From: a bacterium
GTDB lineage: Bacteria; UBP14; UBA6098
Reading direction: 5' to 3'
DNA: 46,522 nucleotides
Assembly: GCA_003645085.1 (NCBI GenBank)
Contig: QNEE01000002.1
Span: forward strand, 1-46,522
A program made the translations under genes and the position numbers. Every line of letters starts with the position of its first letter. The stretch's first letter is position 1. This document shows positions 9,056 to 17,801 of this stretch, piece by piece. Below the pieces are notes generated by a model that worked only from the letters and a program-made list of their open reading frames with translations, did not search any database and was not told where the DNA came from.

Positions 9056-9135
9056 GGAGGATTACGGGATGATTACGTCAGGCGCCGAAAAATACGGGGG
9101 GGGGTGTAACTCGTTGTAACGTAACGAGTTACACC
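9056..9135 (+). other. Leader ORF MITSGAEKYGGGCNSL* (9069-9119) with GGAGG SD, G9 tract (9096-9104) and 13-bp perfect hairpin (9103-9135)
   Basis: GGAGG at 9056-9060, ATG at 9069; stem ggtgtaactcgtt / aacgagttacacc with loop gtaacgt containing the TAA. Confidence 0.55.
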
Positions 9136-9202
9136 GATACCCATTCGGCGGTGAGGCGCGGGGGCACTCCGCTCCCTGCTCTCTGCACACAGCTAATTAT
9201 AT

Positions 9203-9245
9203 ACCGCTCTTGTTTGGCTAATTAACCAGCAAGGGCGGTTTTTTT
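9203..9245 (+). terminator. Intrinsic terminator upstream of the nuclease-like gene (attenuator position)
   Basis: accgctcttgtttgg-ctaattaa-ccagcaagggcggt followed by a T7 run. Confidence 0.72.
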
Positions 9246-9279
9246 ATACCCGAAAATTAAAACCTTATAAGGAGGAAAA

Positions 9280-9816
9280 ATGGGATTTGTACCAAGTAAA
9301 AGAAAAGGATTACTTTGGGAAGACGCTAAAAGACTAAACGAAACGATTTTGAAATGCCCTTTTAATACAACAGGTAAAGACGAGAAAGCTTTCGAAATGG
9401 GGTTTTCAACTACGCTAGTAAAAGATCAGGATTCGTTTAATAACGATATACGGGCTCAGATATTAAAATCGAGCAAAGTAGAAAGTATTTATTGTTTCGG
9501 GAAAAAACATAGACCTGACCTTGCAATAGATGAGGACGGTATCGCAATAGAAATCAAGTTAATCGATTACGAAGGTCTTAAACACGCAATAGGACAAGGA
9601 TTCGTATATCGATTGAAATACAAATTTGTCTTCCTAATTCTGATAATAGAAGAGAAAAAGAAAGATTTCTATGAAGACTTAGCGGGGGGAAAGGAAAAAG
9701 ACCTGGAAGACCTCCTCACCCATTTATCGGAGAAAATGAATATCTTTACATACATAGTCCCTAATTTCAACATTGTAAAACTAGGTATGAAAAAAAACGT
9801 TTCCTTTTTCAAATAG
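9280..9816 (+). CDS. Hypothetical PD-(D/E)xK nuclease-fold protein
   Basis: E (EKAFE)...RPDL...IEIK...AIGQGFVY (QxxxY); AAGGAGG SD; AT-rich. Confidence 0.55.
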   Translation: MGFVPSKRKGLLWEDAKRLNETILKCPFNTTGKDEKAFEMGFSTTLVKDQDSFNNDIRAQILKSSKVESIYCFGKKHRPDLAIDEDGIAIEIKLIDYEGLKHAIGQGFVYRLKYKFVFLILIIEEKKKDFYEDLAGGKEKDLEDLLTHLSEKMNIFTYIVPNFNIVKLGMKKNVSFFK

Positions 9817-9850
9817 AGCCGTGAATAGAAAGAAGGAGAACTTGATTAGA

Positions 9851-11248
9851 ATGAAAGTGAACATTGCTTTGCTTATGGTTGCACTCGTAGGCATTTGCTC
9901 CGCCGGATGGGAAAGGACATTAGGCGGAAGCGGTAATGACTATGGCGGGGCGGTCTTGAAAACTACCGATGGAGGATATGTTATTGGTGGGTCGAAAGAA
10001 ACATCGGCTTATTCAGGTATTTATGATGCGTATCTTATAAAAACAAATTCATCTGGTATTCCCGTCTGGTCTGGCACTTACGGAACAAGCGATTATGATT
10101 ATGGCTGTTCAATAGCTACGTCTCTAGATGGAGGGTATGTAATAGCGGGATATACGTGGGCATCAACAAGAGGATACGATTTCTATCTTGTCAAAACTAA
10201 TTCGTCGGGGAGTATGTTATGGTCCAGAACATATGGTAGTAGTAATCATGACTTTGCTAGGTCTATTGCACGCACGTCGGATGGAGGTTATATTATGGCC
10301 GGATATACATTTGAAACGGATCCATATTTAAATGATATTTATGTTGTCAAAACGAATTCTTCAGGGGATGAGATTTGGAACAAAACGTTTAGTGGAAGTT
10401 TTAATTATGTAGCTTTGTCAATAATTCAGACAACAGACGGGGGATATATAATCGCAGGATATACAGATTCGTTAGGCGCAGGAGAAGACGACGTTTACAT
10501 CATTAAGACCAACTCATCTGGGAATATTGCATGGACAAGAATAATTGACTTGGGATCAAGAGACGTCGCTTCTTCCATTTTACAAACAACAGCAGGCGAT
10601 TACTTAATAACTGGTTCTAGTGAATCAGTAGGATTAGGTGAATCCGATTTATTCATTTTAAAACTTAACTCTTCGGGTAGTACTCAATGGATTAAAACTT
10701 ACGGAGGCAGTGATGATGACAATGGGGCTTCTATATCCAGAACTTCCGACAACGGATTTATTATAGTAGGTTCAACACAATCCTACGGAGCCGGCGAATA
10801 TGATGTTTATCTCCTGAAAACTAATTCATCAGGCGACACTTTATGGACGCAAACTTACGGTAGAATAAGCAATGATTATGGTACATCAGTTTCACAGACA
10901 TCGGATGGAGGTTATATTATTGGAGGGACTACTGAATCTTTTGGTTCAGGCGGTTCGGATATTTATCTCATCAAGGTTGACGCCGTTGGGATAGTTGAAT
11001 GGGTAAACCAAAAACCACGTAACCTTTTCATTTCCGCCTATCCAAATCCCTTCAATTCCGCTTGCCGTATTTCTGCGCCGGAGAATGCCGTCGTAGAAAT
11101 ATTCGATATAAACGGCAGGAGTATTGCAGAGTTCGATGGCGGAGACCGGATATGGAAACCGGAGGCATCGGTTGGCGGCGGTGTATATCTGGTCAGGGCA
11201 AAAATCGGGGATAAGGATATTACGAAACGCGTCGTTTATTTGAAATGA
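9851..11248 (+). CDS. Secreted 7-repeat beta-propeller-like protein with T9SS/Por-type (FlgD-Ig-like) C-terminal sorting domain
   Basis: Signal peptide; 7 repeats of W..TYG...D...S...T.DGGY.I.G.T......D.Y..KTNSSG; CTD YPNPFNS...EIFDINGR...W...GVYLVRA...KRVVYLK. Start could be TTG 9842 or ATG 9851. Confidence 0.8.
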   Translation: MKVNIALLMVALVGICSAGWERTLGGSGNDYGGAVLKTTDGGYVIGGSKETSAYSGIYDAYLIKTNSSGIPVWSGTYGTSDYDYGCSIATSLDGGYVIAGYTWASTRGYDFYLVKTNSSGSMLWSRTYGSSNHDFARSIARTSDGGYIMAGYTFETDPYLNDIYVVKTNSSGDEIWNKTFSGSFNYVALSIIQTTDGGYIIAGYTDSLGAGEDDVYIIKTNSSGNIAWTRIIDLGSRDVASSILQTTAGDYLITGSSESVGLGESDLFILKLNSSGSTQWIKTYGGSDDDNGASISRTSDNGFIIVGSTQSYGAGEYDVYLLKTNSSGDTLWTQTYGRISNDYGTSVSQTSDGGYIIGGTTESFGSGGSDIYLIKVDAVGIVEWVNQKPRNLFISAYPNPFNSACRISAPENAVVEIFDINGRSIAEFDGGDRIWKPEASVGGGVYLVRAKIGDKDITKRVVYLK

Positions 11249-11422
11249 CGTAGGGGCACGGCGTTGACGTGCCCGCCGTAAAATCGGCGCAAATCTCAAA
11301 ACGGGTTTGCCACCGTCAAACCCCTACGGATTGAAAACGATAAATAATTGCGTAGGGGAGACCCTTGTGGTCTCCCGAAAAACGGGACGGCACAAGACCG
11401 TCCCCTACGGATTGAAAACGAT
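11249..11422. repeat. Two CGTAGGGG...CCCCTACG REP-doublet (REPIN/BIME-like) units
   Basis: Units at 11249-11328 and 11351-11409 with internal hairpins; each is followed by an identical 21-mer cccctacggattgaaaacgat (11321-11341, 11402-11422). Confidence 0.75.
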
Positions 11423-11426
11423 GATT

Positions 11427-11461
11427 GGAATACGGAATTCGGAATATTGAATGCGGAACGG
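11427..11461. repeat. Degenerate heptamer tandem repeat (GGAATNY)
   Basis: ggaatac ggaattc ggaatat tgaatgc ggaacgg. Confidence 0.65.
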
Positions 11462-11472
11462 GGAAATAGGCT

Positions 11473-11547
11473 GTCATTTCGTGGAGCGAAACGACGATAA
11501 ACCTTATCAATAAAAACAGAAAGATTTCTCCCTCTGGTCGAAATGAC
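11473..11547. repeat. GTCATTTCG...AGATTTCTC...CGAAATGAC palindromic dispersed repeat
   Basis: Inverted termini gtcatttcg / cgaaatgac; the right half is 25/27 identical to 20975-21001 and similar to 41361-41387. Confidence 0.75.
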
Positions 11548-11663
11548 GGGAGAAATTAGAGGGTGGCTAAAAGGTCACCTTTTTTATTCCCTCTCCCTCG
11601 GCCCCTCTCCCACTGAACGGTAGAGAAAAAAAGGGTGTTTTAATGGGATGATGTGGCCGGGAA

Positions 11664-11695
11664 CCCTATACCCTATACCCTATACCCTAGACCCT
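11664..11695. repeat. Heptamer tandem repeat (CCCTATA)3 CCCTAGA CCCT
   Basis: Read directly from the sequence. Confidence 0.85.
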
Positions 11696-11887
11696 TATTT
11701 CTGACGAGAGAAGGTTGTTCGAAGAGCCGGATTAGGGAACGAACTGCCGGTAGTTTAGCGAAGCCGAAACAACCATTTGAGATTTCTCCATCATTTCCGC
11801 TTGATTTCCTGGGATATGCTCGTATATTCCGCGTTGGGGAAAATATCGGCTGCTGTATATAACATATATGAAGAACGGGAAACTGCT

Positions 11888-13252
11888 ATGAAAAATAATT
11901 CCAAATCCGGGGCGCTTCTAACGCCGAAAGAGATAGTCGCCGAACTCGACCGGTATATCGTAGGGCAGGACGAGGCCAAGAAAAGCGTGGCAATCGCACT
12001 TCGCAACCGGTGGCGCAGGCAGATGGTCGAAGGCCCTATCAAGAACGAAATCCTGCCGGCTAATATTCTAATGATAGGCCCGACCGGTGTCGGCAAGACC
12101 GAAATCTCTCGGAGGCTTGCGGCGTTAGCGGGCGCACCGTTTGTCAAAGTCGAGGCCAGCAAGTTCACCGAGGTCGGCTATGTCGGCCGCGATGTCGAGT
12201 CGATGATTCGCGACCTGGTTGATATCGCGGTTGCGCAAGTCCGTGACGAGCATGAAAAAGAGGTCCGCGTTCAGGCTATGAAAAATGTCGAGGAGCGGTT
12301 GCTCGATTTACTCACTCCTAAACGACCCAAACGCAGGGAAACTGAACCCGAAAGGGATAAAGAACGCACCGACCGTATCCGAAAGAAAATCGAGAGCCAG
12401 CTCGACAGCGGTCTTCTCGACGACCGGAAAATAGAAATCGAGGTTCCCGAATCGATTATGCCGACGGTCGAGATTTTTTCGCCGATGGGTATGGAAGAAA
12501 TGGGACTCAATATCTCCGAGATGTTCGAGGGGATGATTCCGAAGCGCACGAAATCGCGCACGGTTACAGTCAGCGAGGCCCGCAAAATATTATTGCCGAT
12601 GGAAATCAACAACCTTATCGACCACGACAAGATAATCGATTCGGCGTTGGCGCGCGCACAGGAAACGGGAATTATATTTATCGACGAAATCGATAAGATT
12701 GTTGCCAGGGGCAGCGGCGGCGCCGGCCCGGATGTCTCTCGCGAGGGTGTTCAACGCGACCTTTTGCCGGTTATCGAGGGATGCAACGTCGCCACGAAAT
12801 ACGGGATGGTGCGCACCGACCATATATTGTTCATCGGCGCTGGAGCGTTTCACGGCACGAGCCCGAGCGACCTTATCCCTGAACTCCAGGGCAGATTACC
12901 GATACGCGTAGAACTAAATTCCCTGACCGCAAAGGATTTCATCCGCATTCTTGTCGAACCGGAAAACTCGCTGATAAAGCAATACGAGGCGTTAATGTCC
13001 GCCGAGGGCGTCAGGCTAAAATTCTCCGACGGTGCGATTAAGGAAATCGCCAATATCGCCGATAAAGTCAACGCATCCGCGGAAAACATCGGTGCGCGAC
13101 GCCTTCATACCGTTATGACCACACTCCTCGAAGACATTATGTTCGAAGCCCCGGAAAAAACAGGCAAAGAAATCAAACTCACACAAACCACCGTCCGCAC
13201 AAAACTCAAGGATATTGTCGCCGACGAGGATTTGACGAAGTATATATTATGA
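11888..13252 (+). CDS. hslU: ATP-dependent protease ATPase subunit HslU
   Basis: [77 protein letters not shown]; start at ATG 11888. Confidence 0.97.
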   Translation: MKNNSKSGALLTPKEIVAELDRYIVGQDEAKKSVAIALRNRWRRQMVEGPIKNEILPANILMIGPTGVGKTEISRRLAALAGAPFVKVEASKFTEVGYVGRDVESMIRDLVDIAVAQVRDEHEKEVRVQAMKNVEERLLDLLTPKRPKRRETEPERDKERTDRIRKKIESQLDSGLLDDRKIEIEVPESIMPTVEIFSPMGMEEMGLNISEMFEGMIPKRTKSRTVTVSEARKILLPMEINNLIDHDKIIDSALARAQETGIIFIDEIDKIVARGSGGAGPDVSREGVQRDLLPVIEGCNVATKYGMVRTDHILFIGAGAFHGTSPSDLIPELQGRLPIRVELNSLTAKDFIRILVEPENSLIKQYEALMSAEGVRLKFSDGAIKEIANIADKVNASAENIGARRLHTVMTTLLEDIMFEAPEKTGKEIKLTQTTVRTKLKDIVADEDLTKYIL

Positions 13253-13300
13253 GGGTGCTATAGTGCTACGGTTTATCGACAAATGCGCTATTACCCTACA

Positions 13301-13377
13301 GGTCTTGGGATGAGGAGTTTTAGCGACGCAGCAATTCCCATAATACATCGAGATTGCTTCGTATCGCTCAGAATGAC
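13301..13377. repeat. GAGATTGCTTCG...AATGAC-type dispersed repeat (degenerate) between convergent genes
   Basis: gcagcaattccc...gagattgcttcgtatcgctcagaatgac, similar to 37151-37185. Confidence 0.6.
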
Positions 13378-13452
13378 ATAAACATCCTTTTTCGTTTGTA
13401 AAGAATATGGCCGTCTTTCAGTAATCTCTATTTGAAATTCGTATTTTAGGTT

Positions 13453-14154
13453 TTATCCCCTCACCTCATCTTTTATTATCTTCCCGTCTTTCAGCGTAAC
13501 CACTCGTCGTGCGCGGTCTATGACTATCTGGTCGTGTGTGGAAAACAAGAAGGTCATCCCGGTTTTTTTATTCAAATCGCGCATCAGGTCGAGAAGCCCG
13601 CCGCTGGTTTCCGAATCGAGGTTCGCCGTTGGTTCGTCGGCGAGTATTATCGCCGGACGGGAGACCATCGCTCGTGCGACCGCCACGCGTTGCTGCTGAC
13701 CGCCGGAGAGTTTAGGCGGGACGCGCTCTGCAAAGCCCTCGAGACCGACATCCGCGAGAATTTCGAGCACGCGTTTATGACGTTCCTCTTTCTCTATACC
13801 CTGAAGCAGCATTATGTATTCGATATTCTCCTCGACGGTGAGCACCGGTATTAAATTATATGCCTGAAAGATAAACCCGATATTGTCGCGGCGAAAATCG
13901 GACAACTCGCGCCCGCTCATCTCGGATAGCGGTTTGCCATTGAGCCAGACCTCGCCGTCGGTCGGTGTATCGAGGCCGGAGATTATGTTCAAGAACGTCG
14001 TTTTGCCAGAGCCGGACGGCCCGACAATCGAGGTAAATTCACCTTTCTCAATAATCAAATCGACGCCGCGAACGGCATAGACCGGAACACCGTCCTCATC
14101 GTAGGTTTTCTTGAGATTTTCGGTTACGATGATTTTATTTCCGTTATTATTCAT
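13453..14154 (-). CDS. ABC transporter ATP-binding protein, MacB/LolD family
   Basis: GPSGSGKT, IGFIFQAYNL, LSGGQQQRVA, ILADEPTANLD. Confidence 0.92.
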   Translation of the reverse strand: MNNNGNKIIVTENLKKTYDEDGVPVYAVRGVDLIIEKGEFTSIVGPSGSGKTTFLNIISGLDTPTDGEVWLNGKPLSEMSGRELSDFRRDNIGFIFQAYNLIPVLTVEENIEYIMLLQGIEKEERHKRVLEILADVGLEGFAERVPPKLSGGQQQRVAVARAMVSRPAIILADEPTANLDSETSGGLLDLMRDLNKKTGMTFLFSTHDQIVIDRARRVVTLKDGKIIKDEVRG

Positions 14155-14209
14155 AGCATTATCTCCTTTTAGGGATTTCGCTTATACTTTGCATGGAAGG
14201 TTATCTACG

Positions 14210-15433
14210 CTAGAAACTCCTCCGCATCGCCTTTGCCGGGGCTATCCGCGCCGCGTGGACAGCAGGATATATCCCCACTATTATCGTGAATATAAACACT
14301 GCAACAGGATAGATAATAAACTGCGATATAGTTAGCGTAGGATAGATTTTCTCGCGAAGGGCGATGCCCGCGAACTCGACACCGGTAAAATCAATTCCGA
14401 TTTGCGAGATAAGCCATGTAACAATAAATCCGATAATCGAGCCAATTACGATACTGACTAACGATAGCGCACCGGCCTCGAACAACAGAAGTTTTGCCAC
14501 AACGAACGGCCGTGTACCGACCGCGCGTAGGACCCCAAACTCGAACATCCGCTCGAAAAGCGACATAAACAGCGTGTTAAGGATAACGAAAACGACCACC
14601 CCCATCAAAATAAACGCGATAAACAGTTTGCCGATAATCATCAGCGCGTCTATCGAGGCGATAAGCGGAAAAATCTCTGTCCACGATACTGCCTCGTTTC
14701 CGTAGCGCGAGAATTTTTCCCAGAATGGAAGCGTTTTGTTCTCGCTCAACGACGGGTCGGTGAACGCGATTGCAATCGTGTGCGCTGTGTTGCCGATACC
14801 GAGCATCTCTCGCGCCTTGCCGATTCGGATAAACGCCACGCCACGGTTCATCGAACGGTCACCGAAATCGAAAATCCCCGAGACGCGGAAAAGCTCCTGC
14901 ACGATAACGCCGGTGCCGGCCTGCGAGACGGTGAGAACGGTCCTGTCGCCGATTTCGACATCGAGAATCTCAGCAAGTTTTTTGCCGATAAGTATATTCT
15001 GCGGATTATCGCCAGTGAAATACTCACCATCGACAATCGCCTCGTCGAGATAGGACATATCCCTCTCGGTCTCTGGAGCGATACCAAAAACATTGACCCC
15101 GGACATATTTGCCGGCGAGGTTATAGTCCCGAACGCGCTCGTCCGCGGCGTGAATTTTTCGACAATCGCCTCGGATTCGAGTTCGAACATCACCTCGTCG
15201 AAATTAGCGATTGTCAGTTCCGTTTCTTGGGTTTGGCGAAAATTCGCGCGGTTTATCTGGGCCTCGCCGACAAATGTCGAGGTCGCGATTTTAACCATAA
15301 CTATTTCCTCGCCGAAATAAATAGCGTCGACGAAAATCAGCGCGGCCAAACCGAGTCCGATTGCCAACCCGGCGATAATCGTCCGCCGCTTGTTGCGGAA
15401 AAGGTTCCGCCACGCGAGTTTGATAAATAGCAT
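14210..15433 (-). CDS. ABC transporter permease, FtsX/LolE/MacB family
   Basis: LAWRNLFRNKRRT, ERMFEFGVLRAVG, YPAVHAARI.P; 4-TM topology with a periplasmic domain. Confidence 0.9.
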   Translation of the reverse strand: MLFIKLAWRNLFRNKRRTIIAGLAIGLGLAALIFVDAIYFGEEIVMVKIATSTFVGEAQINRANFRQTQETELTIANFDEVMFELESEAIVEKFTPRTSAFGTITSPANMSGVNVFGIAPETERDMSYLDEAIVDGEYFTGDNPQNILIGKKLAEILDVEIGDRTVLTVSQAGTGVIVQELFRVSGIFDFGDRSMNRGVAFIRIGKAREMLGIGNTAHTIAIAFTDPSLSENKTLPFWEKFSRYGNEAVSWTEIFPLIASIDALMIIGKLFIAFILMGVVVFVILNTLFMSLFERMFEFGVLRAVGTRPFVVAKLLLFEAGALSLVSIVIGSIIGFIVTWLISQIGIDFTGVEFAGIALREKIYPTLTISQFIIYPVAVFIFTIIVGIYPAVHAARIAPAKAMRRSF

Positions 15434-15514
15434 ATCGTTTCCTTGCAGAATGATTTCCTCTAGTTCCGCCGCTCGAGTGGCATATTACAATTGGGTCGAA
15501 AGGTTAGTCCTCCC

Positions 15515-17680
15515 TCAAACTTCCTGCCCTTTATACTGTAGTTGATAAAGCTTATAGTATATCCCGCCTTTGGCGAGAAGCTCCTGGTGGTTGCCCTCCT
15601 CGACGATGCGGCCTTTGTGCATCACAAGAATGCGGTCGACGTGCTGAATTGTCGATAGCCTGTGGGCGATAACTATGCTCGTGCGGTCCTCCATCAGGCG
15701 CCAGAGAGCCTCCTGAATAAGCTGTTCTGTCTCGGTGTCGATATTCGCGGTGGCCTCGTCGAGAACGAGTATCGCCGGGTCGAACGCCAACGCCCGTGCG
15801 AACGCGAGAAGTTGCCTTTGGCCGGCGGATAATGTGCTTCCGCGCTCGGTAACCGGTTCGTCGAAGCCGTTGGGTAGTTTGCCGATGAACCGGTCGGCGT
15901 TCACCACGCGCGCTATCTCCTCGAGTTTCTCCTCCGAGATAGCTTCGTTGTTCAGGCGGATATTCGTTTTGATATCGCTGGCGAACAGGAAAACATCCTG
16001 TAGGACCACCCCGATATTCTTGCGCAGCTTGCCCTTATCCCAGTCGCGGACATCGACGCCATCGACACGGATTCTACCTTTCTGAACATCGTAAAATCGT
16101 GACAGCAGCGAGATAATAGTCGTTTTGCCCGCACCGGTCTCGCCTACGAACGCGACCGACTCTCCCGGCTCGACCGAGAAGCTGACATCGCGCAGGACCC
16201 ACTCCCATTCGACATCGTCGGGGAGCTTTTTGTAGGCGAACGAGACGTTCTCGAAATCGACCTTTCCCTTAACCGGTTCGATAGCGACAGGTTTTTCGGC
16301 CTCCGTGATATCCGGTTCCGTGTCCAGTATCTGGAAAATGCGCTCGGAGCTTGCCATCGCGGCTTGCATAATGTTGAATTTCTCGGCTATAGCGTTAATC
16401 GGCTGGAAAAACATCTCGACATAGGAAAGATACGCCACCAGCGCACCAAGCGGCAAAAGATTCTGCACTACCTGGCCACCACCGAACCAGATAATCAACC
16501 CGAGGCCGATATTCCTGAAAAGCACGATTACCGGCGAGAACAGCGCATGGACGACGAGCTGATACATATTCGCTTTGTAATAGTCGAGGTTGATTTCCCG
16601 GAACCGCGCGATATTCTCTTTCTCGCGCGAGAAAATCTTAATTACCCGTATCCCGCTGAAATGCTCGCTCAACGTGGCGTTGATGCGCGCGATTTTAACA
16701 CGGACTTTCCGGTAGGCGTCACGGAATTTGATTCGGAAAAGCAACGTTACAACCATAATAAACGGCGCGAGCGCCAACAGAATCAAGCCGAGCCGCCAGT
16801 TCATATACAAAAGCATCCCCGAGATACCGATAAGCATAAACAAATCGCTGAACAGGTTGATAACCACGCTGGTGAACATCTCGTTGAGGACGTTGACATC
16901 GTTGGTGCTGCGCGTAACCAGCCTACCGACCGGGTTCGAGTCGAAAAACTTGAGCGAAAGGCTCTGTAGATGCCGATAGACGTCGTTGCGAATATCGAAC
17001 AGGATATTCTGCCCAATCCACGCCATAAGATAAACCTGCGCGTATTGCGCGCCGAAAGTAACGATTAGCACCGCGAGATAAATCAGGCCGATATAGAGAA
17101 TTCCCAGCCGGTCGTTGACGCGCAGCCGGTCGAGGTCCTCCTTTGGAATCTCCTGAATATTGTTGTAGCTGACGATTACTGTCCCGGCGCGGGAGGTCGC
17201 CTCGAACTTGTCGCTATGCCTGGCGATAATCGCTTTTATAGTGTCGCGCTCGGCGCCCTCGGGATAGGATTCCTCGCGGACAACATAGAATTTTTCTTTG
17301 CCGAGAACGCCGAGTTTGTTGAGTTTTGCGGCGTCGCCGGGGTCGATATCGTTGTGGTCGAAAAGAAACCAACCGTCCTCGGCGAGCGGAAGAAGCCCAT
17401 CGGCATAACGCTCGCGCACCTCGCGGATAAAAGCATCGGTCGTGTCCGAAAGGTCGAGTTTCGCGTTGCTGAAAAGGACAAACCGGTCTATCCCTATCTT
17501 GGTCAGGTAAGGCTGGAGTATCTTCAATCCCGACATAATCAGCAGCACGAACACGGTTACAGCCATCAGCTTGTAATACGGCTTTGCATAACGCATAAGC
17601 CGCTTCATCAACCGGGAGTCGTAGACCTTGCCGAGCTTCTGTTCCTCGTGGAACTCGTCGTATGCCGAGCCTCGGGGCAT
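15515..17680 (-). CDS. Type IV-fold ABC exporter (fused TMD-NBD, MsbA/multidrug-like) with an insertion after TM1
   Basis: VGETGAGKTT, LSAGQRQLLAFARAL, ILVLDEATANID, IAHRLSTI. Confidence 0.92.
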   Translation of the reverse strand: MPRGSAYDEFHEEQKLGKVYDSRLMKRLMRYAKPYYKLMAVTVFVLLIMSGLKILQPYLTKIGIDRFVLFSNAKLDLSDTTDAFIREVRERYADGLLPLAEDGWFLFDHNDIDPGDAAKLNKLGVLGKEKFYVVREESYPEGAERDTIKAIIARHSDKFEATSRAGTVIVSYNNIQEIPKEDLDRLRVNDRLGILYIGLIYLAVLIVTFGAQYAQVYLMAWIGQNILFDIRNDVYRHLQSLSLKFFDSNPVGRLVTRSTNDVNVLNEMFTSVVINLFSDLFMLIGISGMLLYMNWRLGLILLALAPFIMVVTLLFRIKFRDAYRKVRVKIARINATLSEHFSGIRVIKIFSREKENIARFREINLDYYKANMYQLVVHALFSPVIVLFRNIGLGLIIWFGGGQVVQNLLPLGALVAYLSYVEMFFQPINAIAEKFNIMQAAMASSERIFQILDTEPDITEAEKPVAIEPVKGKVDFENVSFAYKKLPDDVEWEWVLRDVSFSVEPGESVAFVGETGAGKTTIISLLSRFYDVQKGRIRVDGVDVRDWDKGKLRKNIGVVLQDVFLFASDIKTNIRLNNEAISEEKLEEIARVVNADRFIGKLPNGFDEPVTERGSTLSAGQRQLLAFARALAFDPAILVLDEATANIDTETEQLIQEALWRLMEDRTSIVIAHRLSTIQHVDRILVMHKGRIVEEGNHQELLAKGGIYYKLYQLQYKGQEV

Positions 17681-17726
17681 AATTTAGGGTTTTACGGTTA
17701 TATGGTTTTATGGCGCTACGGATTCT

Positions 17727-17801
17727 GTCATTTCGAGCAAAGCAAGAGAGCTTTTCGTCCGTTTAATAAGACTTCTCGTCGCTATCACTACTCGAAATAA
17801 C
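17727..17801. repeat. Degenerate GTCATTTCGAG...CTCGAAATAAC dispersed repeat
   Basis: Inverted termini of the same family as 11473-11547. Confidence 0.55.

Noticed and set aside
11321-11422. Identical 21-bp direct repeats as a mini-CRISPR
   Set aside because: Only two copies; the spacer is itself a palindromic REP-like unit; no cas genes or leader.
7619-11700. Classical integron (attC) array
   Set aside because: No intI and no convincing RYYYAAC...GTTRRRY attC pairs at the gene boundaries; reported instead as a non-integron cassette-like array.
11777-11887. N-terminal extensions of hslU (also ytfJ 35371-35394 and lipoprotein 41259-41360) in the ORF track
   Set aside because: Downstream ATGs match family N-termini or have better SD sequences; the extensions run through intergenic or repeat DNA.
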